A DNA stretch of 64,000 nt. It comes from an uncultured Candidatus Poseidoniales archaeon (GTDB lineage: Archaea > Thermoplasmatota > Poseidoniia > Poseidoniales > Poseidoniaceae). Shown in pieces: positions 21,511-28,945 of this stretch (positions are counted from its first letter, which is position 1; the number at the start of each line of letters is the position of its first letter). Where the stretch lies: positions 94,760-158,759 of the forward strand of contig CAJJAV010000006.1 in the NCBI GenBank assembly GCA_905182125.1. The letters run 5' to 3'. Both the position numbers and the translations under genes were made by a program. The notes beneath the pieces were generated by a model, which was given only the letters and a program-made list of their open reading frames with translations, did not search any database and was not told the DNA's origin.

Positions 21511-23230
21511 TCAGACTTCGAGTACGTCGAGAATGCCGTCGTCATCGTCGTCAGCATCTTCGTTGTCGTCTAGTCCGTCGTTGTCGTGATCGAATTGACC
21601 GGTAAGCGAGTTACCGTCGTTCTGCTCGAACCAGTCGAGAAGTCCGTCGTTATCGTCGTCGTTATCGGTTGCATCCCAAATTCCGTCGTTGTCATGGTCG
21701 TAGCGGTAAGTACCGGTGCCACCGTTGATTTCATCGACGTCAAGAATGTCGTCGTTGTCGTCATCGGTGTCATCAGCGTCATTCATGCCATCGTTGTCGT
21801 GGTCACGAGAGAGGTCTACGCCGTTTTCGTCCATGTCGTTTCGGTTGTCAATGCCATCGTTGTCGATGTCGAGGTCCACAGCATCGGAGATGCCGTCGTT
21901 GTCGTGATCGTAGATGTTGGAGTTAGGGTCGCCGTCCTGAACTTCTTCAGTGTCGTCGATTCCGTCGCCGTCATCGTCGGAGTCTTCCGCGTCATCAATT
22001 CCATCGTTGTCGTGATCCATTGGGTTCTCGTCAACGCTGTCAGGGATACCGTCGTTGTCATCGTCGTTGTCGGCATCGTTAGGGATGCCGTCACCGTCGT
22101 TGTCGTTTTCGCCGTTTTCAGCTTGGTTGTCAAGTTGTTGACCTTGCTGCTGCTCGGTTTGTTGACCCTGTTGGCCTTGTTGACCGTTTTGGGTTTGACC
22201 TTGCTGCTGCTCGCTCTGACCATTTTGGTTTTCACCGTTCTGGTTTTCGCTGGTTTGGTCTCCTTGCTGGCCGCCTTGTTCGCCGCCTTGCTGTTGTTGA
22301 CCTTGGCCGTTATCTTGTTGCTGACCTTGCTGACCCTGCTGACCTTGCTGACCTTGCTGACCTTGTTGGCCCTGCTGTCCTTGCTGTCCTTGCTGACCCT
22401 GCTGGCCTTGCTGACCTTGCTGTCCCTGTTGACCTTGCTGACCTTGTTGACCCTGTTGTCCTTGGCCCTGACCTTGTTGTTGGCCCTGGCCTTGTCCTTG
22501 TCCCTGTCCTTGTACCTTGACCTTGTCCTTGACCTTGTCCTTGACCTTGTCCTTGGCCTTGTCCTTGGCCTTGTCCTTGTCCTTGTCCTTGTCCTTGTCC
22601 TTGTCCTTGGCCCTGTCCTTGTCCTTGTCCTTGACCTTGTCCTTGACCTTGTCCTTGTCCTTGGCCTTGTCCTTGGCCTTGACCTTGTCCTTGTCCTTGT
22701 CCTTGTCCTTGTCCGTTAGGAGTACCAGCTTCAGATTCGCCACCGCCTTCGGTGTCGCCATCGCCAGCGCCGGAGTCAGACTCAGTAAAGTCTGGATCGT
22801 AGGCGTCTGGGATACCGTCACCGTCGGAGTCGGAATATTCACCGTCGTTCGGATCAGTCGGGAACGAGTCAACGTTGTCGGCCTTACCGTCGCCGTCGGT
22901 GTCGGAATTGTTAGGGTTGGTACCCTTTGCATACTCTTGGGAGTTGGTCAAGCCATCTCCATCAGGGTCTGCATTTCCGTCGCCGCCATTGGTCGGGTTG
23001 AGGCCGTTCGAGACTTCCCAACCATCGGGTAGTCCGTCGCCATCGCTGTCTGCATTGTTCATATTGGTGCCTTGGTTCTGTTCCTCAGAGTTGGTGAGAC
23101 CGTCACCGTCCCAATCGGCGCCACCATCAGATGGGTCGAGTGGGTCAGATCCGTCACCGCTCACTGCAGAAACTGCAGAGAGAGCAAGGAACATTGCAAT
23201 TAGCACGCTCATTATTTTTTTATCATTCAT
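21511..23230 (-). pseudogene. Secreted TSP3-repeat / (GQ)n-(GQQ)n low-complexity protein interrupted by a +1 frameshift (authentic or an assembly error)
   Basis: ORF 22310..23239 carries the signal peptide (MNDKKIMSVLIAMFLALSAVSAVSG from ATG 23230, with GGAAGTGA 5 nt upstream), TSP3-like repeats and (GQ)n. It then runs into TRTGTRTRPGP. ORF 21511..22932 makes sense only from VQGQGQ onward, where it has (GQQ)n and many DNDGIxD repeats. The two frames join at one extra base (plus-strand A at 22514) inside the ggtcaaggacaa repeat. Confidence 0.7.
22315..22714. repeat. Coding microsatellite: 9-bp period (GQQ) about 22315-22455, then 6-bp period (GQ) about 22456-22714
   Basis: Direct reading of the plus strand shows ctgaccttg-type 9-mers followed by ccttgt/ccttga/ccttgg 6-mers repeated tens of times. 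Confidence 0.9.
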
Positions 23231-23266
23231 GTTTTTCACTTCCTATTTTTTTGGTTGTTTTTACAC

Positions 23267-23285
23267 AGAGAACCCGCTGTTCTCT
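23267..23285. promoter_or_regulatory. Palindrome AGAGAAC-CCGCT-GTTCTCT, 37-55 nt upstream of the GQ-repeat gene start
   Basis: It has 7-bp perfect arms and a 5-nt spacer. A related copy lies at 23507-23525. Confidence 0.4.
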
Positions 23286-23365
23286 CTCTCCAGATCATTG
23301 GCCCACTTGGTGGGACAGCAATTCTGGGATGTCAACGATGCTACGCACTGATTCATGTCGCTGTT

Positions 23366-23465
23366 CAAGGAAGTAACAAGGGGGTTTCCGGGCGCGTCGC
23401 TTGAGCGATAGTGCGCACTGGACTGACTCGCAGTCCATCGGTTTATTTCCTTGTTTACTTGCTTG
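23366..23465. other. About 100-nt intergenic element with a long closing stem (candidate structured RNA or UTR)
   Basis: Positions 23366-23381 (caaggaagtaacaagg) pair with 23449-23465 (ccttgtttacttgcttg), giving 15 bp with one mismatch and one bulge. An internal 7-bp hairpin is tggactg-actcg-cagtcca. Confidence 0.3.
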
Positions 23466-23506
23466 TATTGTTCCTCCGAATGCATCGTTTTTCACGGGTA
23501 GGTCAT

Positions 23507-23525
23507 AGGGAACCCAGTGTTCCCT
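23507..23525. promoter_or_regulatory. Palindrome AGGGAAC-CCAGT-GTTCCCT (second copy of the motif)
   Basis: It has 7-bp perfect arms and a 5-nt spacer. It lies about 58 nt downstream of the stop of the 245-aa gene. Confidence 0.35.
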
Positions 23526-23582
23526 CTAACATTTGGAACGAACCAACCCTATATGAAGGGCGCGACGCGATGTGCGAGGGGG

Positions 23583-24320
23583 TTATCGAGCGTGAACCAT
23601 CGATGGAGGCAGGAGGATTGAAGCCTTTTTTGAAAGTACGAAACGAGCGACAAGGTCTGCCAGGTTTTCGTCTGCAAAGGAATGCAAACGTTCTGACCCA
23701 TTTCCCTTTGCTGGGGCGAAGAGCTGCAGCGGTTTAGCGTGTCGGCTCAATGCGATTTTTGCTGCACGGATCGCATTCGAACTCGGCAAACCGCCAACTC
23801 CATCGAGTCCGTTGCCCAAGAAGTGGGCTAGTTTCCCTTGACGAACGCCCGAGCGACCCTCCATGGCGAGCATGCCTAGGATGATGTATTGATCACGGGT
23901 TGGGGCGTCCCACCGTTGGTGGTCTCCTGAAAATTTCTGTTCGAGTTTTGATAGAAATAATGCTTGCAGTTCAGGCAAATTTTCTTTTCGGGGTGCATCG
24001 ACTTCTATTCGCTTCGTAATGTGTGCATCTTTGGGTAGAATCTCACCAAAATCTTCCCATTTGTAAGCGATTTTAAACCAATTTTCTAGTTTCTCTGAAA
24101 AATATGGGTCTGGGCCTCGGAGGTTCCAGACGCTTCTTTTAATCAATTCTGGGGCGAGGTTTGAGAAACCTTCTGGATCTTTTTCAGCCAACGTTTGAAG
24201 TGCTTTGAGGTACTTCTCATTGCGAGATTTTTGTACATCGGGTTCGTTAGCCATTGATTCTATGGGGCCGGGGGCCACATAATATGGTTTGTTCTTGTTG
24301 ATTTGTCTTGTTTTCATCAT
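23583..24320 (-). CDS. Hypothetical protein (possible C-terminal winged-helix)
   Basis: The ORF track extends to 24395. I start at ATG 24320 because GGAGGTGAT immediately precedes ATGATG. The protein is 245 aa, its N-terminal coding part is AT-rich, and DQYIILGMLAMEGRSGVRQGKLAHFL looks wHTH-like. I recognise no family. Confidence 0.6.
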   Translation of the reverse strand: MMKTRQINKNKPYYVAPGPIESMANEPDVQKSRNEKYLKALQTLAEKDPEGFSNLAPELIKRSVWNLRGPDPYFSEKLENWFKIAYKWEDFGEILPKDAHITKRIEVDAPRKENLPELQALFLSKLEQKFSGDHQRWDAPTRDQYIILGMLAMEGRSGVRQGKLAHFLGNGLDGVGGLPSSNAIRAAKIALSRHAKPLQLFAPAKGNGSERLHSFADENLADLVARFVLSKKASILLPPSMVHAR

Positions 24321-24463
24321 ATCACCTCCGAACGACGTACGTCGCGGGAAGATCACATACGGTGTAGGTTCGTTCTTGTTTTCATATTTACACAAAATCG
24401 CACAGGGCGGGTATGAGTCTCTGGTTTGTAGATGAGTTCAACAATATATAACAAAAATAATTC

Positions 24464-24997
24464 TTATTTTAATTGCTTCATCATCGATCGGTGGGGTCCA
24501 ATGTTCGAAATTGTATAGGGTTCATCGATCAGTTGCCAGCCCTGAGAGAGGTAGAAGGGGATGGCGTCCTTTCTTGCTTGTAGAAGCCCTGTTTTTGCAG
24601 AGAAGTGGGCTGCTGATGCAGATTCGAGAGCGGAAAGAACGTCGCTGGCATGGCCCATGCGTTGGGCTTCGGCGCGTGTGCCCATTTGCCGAATTTGAAT
24701 CGCAGGTCGGTTTTCTGCATCTGCAAGTGGGCCGAAAGCAGGGCATGTCGTCGCCCCTGGCCCAGCATGATCGGGTGCGGAACCATCGCTGCCTTCCGGG
24801 ATAAGGTGAGCCCTCCCGACTGATAGAACACGATCGCCCTGAGCCACCCAAGCATGAATCGCAGCCGAATCATCGGCGAGATGTTCTGCGCCCCGTTCAA
24901 ACCCAAGGGGTTCTCGGAGCACGGCGTACCGGCAGTCGAAATACGAATGTGCTGGGTTGCTTCCAGGGAGCATCACCGCGGGGTTCACGATTTTCAC
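24464..24997 (-). CDS. GNAT-family N-acetyltransferase
   Basis: 177 aa. It contains QIRQMGTRAEAQRMGHASDVLSALE...AIPFYLSQGW, which resembles GNAT motif A (Q/RxxGxG/A) and the C-terminal FY..GW. Confidence 0.75.
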   Translation of the reverse strand: MKIVNPAVMLPGSNPAHSYFDCRYAVLREPLGFERGAEHLADDSAAIHAWVAQGDRVLSVGRAHLIPEGSDGSAPDHAGPGATTCPAFGPLADAENRPAIQIRQMGTRAEAQRMGHASDVLSALESASAAHFSAKTGLLQARKDAIPFYLSQGWQLIDEPYTISNIGPHRSMMKQLK

Positions 24998-25060
24998 AAG
25001 ATAACCTCGTTACCGACCTGCGGCCGGATGACGATTAACCCTACGATGCAGAGGCGTGAT

Positions 25061-26272
25061 TCAGAAGCCCGAAAAAGTTGCGAGAAGCAGCGCAATGACC
25101 GCCCCGATCAGGAAAACCGTGACCGCCCCAGACGAGACCAGTCCCCAGCCGAGTCCCTTGTTGCCCCGAACAAAGGCCATGATAATGGCACCCAAGTAAA
25201 CCAGCGGCATGCAACAAAAAGATCCATTCACGGCCTCCCTCCAAAAGTAATTTGCATCATCTGTCCGCTCATCATAAATCTGAATCTCAAAGAAATAATC
25301 ATTGGTCATCGACCCGTTTGGAACAAACCAAAGGGTGCTGTTTCTCAATGTATATTCTCCGATGAGATCGCCATCGCGCCATCCTGTTTCACCTGTGAAG
25401 ATGTAATGGCCCTCTTGCTGTAGGATCGCCGTCTGATCGCCGCTTTCCTGGTAATTGCGGCTGTTCCGGTAATCGATCTGAAGATATTCTGAATGCTCGT
25501 AGAAATTCAACATAAGGTAAACATCAAGGGATTCGCTCTGTGGAGGGAAAGAGTGGTTGAAAGAACCGTTCTGTTCATTGCTTACAAACGTAGTTTGGGA
25601 GTTGAAATTAGAAACAAAATTACCAGAATCAGTGTAAATACTGCCATAGACGCCGGGTTGTTCCTCAAATGTCCCGTTGAAGGAAAGAGAAAGGGTCCCG
25701 TTCGCTTCATCGATGGTCAGTTGGGTCGGCTCAATGGTGGGAATATACTCTTTTTCTTGAAACACTTCAAGTAAATAATCGGCTTGTTGGTGATCGACGG
25801 TGCAATAGAGCCCTCCGTCAGAAAAGTCCCCTCCGGAGTTGGAAGGTTTGGAAATCGAACAATATTCCATGAGGTGCCCTTCTTTCATTTCGATTGATTT
25901 GGAGTAGTGCCCGTTTGAGTCGGGTGAAAGGACATGCATTTCATCAAAATATGCATTTTCCCAGCTGTTTTGATTTACTTGTCCTGCGAGGATGCTGACG
26001 ATGATGACAATCACAATCGGCAGGGTCAATCCAAGAAAGAATTGCATCCATCGAAACGGTTTCTTTGATGGCTGAACAATTTGCCCCATTGGTGAAGGGC
26101 CGCCCTGGAGCATTGGTTGGTTGGGGGTGCCAAATGGATTGGGCTTTACCGAGCTATCGCCTTCTCCGAATGTACCCAATGTGACACCCACGGGGGCCTC
26201 AGATGCGATTTCCCCTGAAAAAAAGGGTTGGCTTGGCTCAAGCACTCCTTTCCTCTGTGGCGACGGGTCCAT
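25061..26272 (-). CDS. Hypothetical membrane protein (TM, about 240-aa extracytoplasmic domain, C-terminal TM pair)
   Basis: 403-aa ORF with hydrophobic helices at about aa 75-97 and 345-400. I recognise no family. Confidence 0.6.
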   Translation of the reverse strand: MDPSPQRKGVLEPSQPFFSGEIASEAPVGVTLGTFGEGDSSVKPNPFGTPNQPMLQGGPSPMGQIVQPSKKPFRWMQFFLGLTLPIVIVIIVSILAGQVNQNSWENAYFDEMHVLSPDSNGHYSKSIEMKEGHLMEYCSISKPSNSGGDFSDGGLYCTVDHQQADYLLEVFQEKEYIPTIEPTQLTIDEANGTLSLSFNGTFEEQPGVYGSIYTDSGNFVSNFNSQTTFVSNEQNGSFNHSFPPQSESLDVYLMLNFYEHSEYLQIDYRNSRNYQESGDQTAILQQEGHYIFTGETGWRDGDLIGEYTLRNSTLWFVPNGSMTNDYFFEIQIYDERTDDANYFWREAVNGSFCCMPLVYLGAIIMAFVRGNKGLGWGLVSSGAVTVFLIGAVIALLLATFSGF

Positions 26273-26380
26273 GGTCGGGGCAGTGCGGGGGATGTGATTA
26301 AACCAACCCCGGCTCTATCGGGCAGCGTTTTATTGTCTGCGGTCGCGTTGAAATAGAACTGGTGAATCCCATGGATTACT

Positions 26381-26451
26381 GCACGGGTGTCGGAGCGGCT
26401 ACGTCGGGGATTGCAAATCCTCTCACCTGGGTTCAAATCCCAGCCTGTGCT
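26381..26451 (+). tRNA. tRNA-Cys (anticodon GCA)
   Basis: The sequence is GCACGGGTGTCGGAGCGGCTACGTCGGGGATTGCAAATCCTCTCACCTGGGTTCAAATCCCAGCCTGTGCT. The acceptor stem is GCACGGG/CCTGTGC with one G-U pair. The anticodon stem is GGGGA/TCCTC with loop TTGCAAA, and the T arm is CTGGG-TTCAAAT-CCCAG. The D stem is weak when folded by hand. Confidence 0.8.
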
Positions 26452-26558
26452 CTTTCTAACAAACCTACTCATCGCGTTAGGTTCGCGCGCAGTCTTGATA
26501 TTCAATGGCGCATTCGTTGGGCCATTGAACAGGTCCGTTCAATGCGCGAGGAATCACA

Positions 26559-27695
26559 ATGCCAGGAATGAACCGTTCACTGTCCGAGGTTGGCGTTGGC
26601 TTCGCTTCCTTCCTCGCACCACCTGGCCCAGATGTCATCCGCTTCACGGTCGGCCAGCCTGATTTTGACACACCTCTCCCAGTCGTTAACGCCGCTAAAG
26701 CAGCCCTTGATCGGGGTGAAACCACCTACACGCGAACCCAGGGCTCAGAAGAACTCTGTGAAGCAGTCGCAGCCCATCTGGAGGGGCATGGAATCGATGC
26801 GGACCCTCTCGATGTGCTGATTTCTCCTGGGTGCAAGCAAGCGATTCTTTACGCACTCATGGCTACTTTGAACGCTGATGATGAAGTCCTGCTTCTTTCG
26901 CCAGCTTGGCCTTCTTATGACGGCATGATCAAATTGCTCGGTGCGGTTCCTGTGCATGTTCCGGTTCGTAAGGACAACTACCACCCAGACTTTGACCACC
27001 TTGAAGCGGCAATAACACCCAAGACCAAGGCGGTCATGCTCAACTCCCCGAACAACCCCACAGGGGCTGTTTACACCCCGGAAGAAATTGAGCGACTCGT
27101 TGCTTTTGCCGTGAAGCATGACCTTTGGATCATCGACGATATGATCTATGCCACATTGGTATGGTCTGAACACCCCTACACCTCCCCTTGTACGCTACCT
27201 GGCGGTGCTGAACGCACCATTACCATCGGGGGCTGGTCGAAAGGTTGGGCCATGACTGGTTGGCGACTTGGTTGGATCACAGGCCCGAAGTCGGTCATGG
27301 ATGGGGTAAAGAAAATCAACGTCAGCGCAGCAACCCACGTGGCGACGTTCATGATGCCCGCCGCTGCAGTGGCGCTTAGCCTCGAACAGGAAACCGCAGT
27401 GATGGCCGCTTCATTCAAAGAGCGGGGGGAACTTATCCATGGTCTGCTCAGCCAATTACCAGGCTTGGTGGTCCCAAAGCCAGAAGGTGCCTTCTACGCC
27501 TTTTGCAACGTGACTGGCACGGGTATGAACGACATCGAATTCGCTCAGCGGGCCCTGGACGAAGCAAAGGTGCAATTGATTCCCGGTTCCTTGATGGATG
27601 GCGGCGAAGGGTTTGTTCGAATCTCATACGCCACCTCTCCGGAAGACATCCGAGAGGGTGTGTCTCGCCTCAGCGCCTGGCTCAATGCATTGTGA
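26559..27695 (+). CDS. Class I/II PLP-dependent (aspartate/aromatic-type) aminotransferase
   Basis: 378 aa. It contains GQPDFDTP, NSPNNPTGAVY, and GWSKGWAMTGWRLGW, which has the PLP-lysine SK..+.G.R.G motif. Confidence 0.9.
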   Translation: MPGMNRSLSEVGVGFASFLAPPGPDVIRFTVGQPDFDTPLPVVNAAKAALDRGETTYTRTQGSEELCEAVAAHLEGHGIDADPLDVLISPGCKQAILYALMATLNADDEVLLLSPAWPSYDGMIKLLGAVPVHVPVRKDNYHPDFDHLEAAITPKTKAVMLNSPNNPTGAVYTPEEIERLVAFAVKHDLWIIDDMIYATLVWSEHPYTSPCTLPGGAERTITIGGWSKGWAMTGWRLGWITGPKSVMDGVKKINVSAATHVATFMMPAAAVALSLEQETAVMAASFKERGELIHGLLSQLPGLVVPKPEGAFYAFCNVTGTGMNDIEFAQRALDEAKVQLIPGSLMDGGEGFVRISYATSPEDIREGVSRLSAWLNAL

Positions 27696-27799
27696 ATCAA
27701 AGCATGCCTCTTGATCAGGGACAAACTGCTGTGCAGTGAACGGTGTTCTTCGGAGCGGGCTTCTTCATCCCCATTGGTTTGAGCGAACTCGCTTTGCTT

Positions 27800-28885
27800 T
27801 TAGCCAAATGAGGCGATTCTGTAAAGGGCGCCACCGCCGCCAAAAGTAGCGTAGTACAGCGAACCATCGGGGGCAAACGCCAACGGTAGAGGCGTGCCAA
27901 TATCTGTTGCGAAACGTGTGGTTTTGGTTTCCCACTGATCAATGGGTTGTTCTCCCCCGGATGTGTTTTTTGGGATAAAATCGATTCGAACAATCTCTTG
28001 CCCTTGAGGAATCACGGTGTTCCACGAACCATAGACGGTGGCGTACAAGGTGAATCCTTGACCTTCACTTGCATTCAAACCAGGAAGCGGGGATGTGTCT
28101 GGCCGAAGGGCCAGTCCGTTTAGCGAGGTGTGGGGTGTCCACGTTGCCACGGGCGCCACCGTGCCATCTGGGACTGGGTGATCTGGGTCGTCATCTGGCC
28201 AGCCATATGCAGCGCCGTTCACGAGTAGATTGATTTCTTCACGCGGATGGTCCCCCTCCCAATCCCGACCGTTGTCGCTGAAAAGATAACCAACATTCTC
28301 AACCCAGACGCCATGGAACGAATTGCGGACGCCTGAAGCAAGGATGCCGTGCTCTCCCGTGGCTGGGTCAACCCATAGCAGGGCTGCGTTGCGTTCATCT
28401 GTTTCTGCGCAGACATTGCACGTTGAGCCGCTGTGCCAGATGAGTGTCCCATTTGGGAAGGCGTTGATGGCGTTGGTTTGGTGGTTGCCACTTGGCACAC
28501 CTTCAATCAGATTTGTTCGTTGATTAAACGTCCAATTGCTCCGTTCGTATTTGGCTAACACACCTTCTTCTGAAACAAACAAATGATCCGCCGTTAGGTG
28601 GAGACCATGTGGATGATCGAGCCCCGTAATGAGAACTGTTTCCCTGAAACCGTCCGTTGCGTCAAGCAGGAGAATCCGGCCCCCGTCTCGATCACACATC
28701 AGCAAAAGATCTTCACTCACCCATGTCAAACATGTTGGTCCGCCGAAACCAGTGGCTACCTTTTCGATCTCAAAACCTTCCGCTACCTCGGGGTTGAGGG
28801 GGTCGGCGTAAGGATAAATTTCCCGAGCTATGAAGAGAAAAAAGAGCAACGCCACGATCGGAGTGATTTGTTTTTCAAAGCCCAT
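27800..28885 (-). CDS. PQQ-dependent sugar (glucose/sorbosone) dehydrogenase-like beta-propeller, N-terminally anchored
   Basis: 361 aa with an N-terminal helix ITPIVALLFFLFIA. The segments FEIEKVATGFGGPTCLTW...DRDGGRILLL...HPHGL resemble the GSDH family pattern. Confidence 0.7.
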   Translation of the reverse strand: MGFEKQITPIVALLFFLFIAREIYPYADPLNPEVAEGFEIEKVATGFGGPTCLTWVSEDLLLMCDRDGGRILLLDATDGFRETVLITGLDHPHGLHLTADHLFVSEEGVLAKYERSNWTFNQRTNLIEGVPSGNHQTNAINAFPNGTLIWHSGSTCNVCAETDERNAALLWVDPATGEHGILASGVRNSFHGVWVENVGYLFSDNGRDWEGDHPREEINLLVNGAAYGWPDDDPDHPVPDGTVAPVATWTPHTSLNGLALRPDTSPLPGLNASEGQGFTLYATVYGSWNTVIPQGQEIVRIDFIPKNTSGGEQPIDQWETKTTRFATDIGTPLPLAFAPDGSLYYATFGGGGALYRIASFG

Positions 28886-28945
28886 GCCACACTGAAGGAC
28901 AGGGTCCGTATCAAGCCTTTGTGAGGCTGAAGCGGTTCGCTTGCA

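Noticed and set aside
22315-22714. The regular short repeats, considered as a possible CRISPR array or satellite.
   Set aside because: The period is 6-9 bp with no spacers, and the repeats lie entirely inside a coding region (GQ/GQQ). This is not CRISPR architecture.
21586-22719. A 377-aa plus-strand ORF, together with the KDKDKD/TPTPT N-terminal part of minus-strand ORF 21511..22932.
   Set aside because: Both are alternative-frame or antisense readings of the GQ/GQQ microsatellite and the GAY-rich TSP3 repeats, where every frame is open. The translations are pure low complexity (L/V/T or K/D) with no start context.
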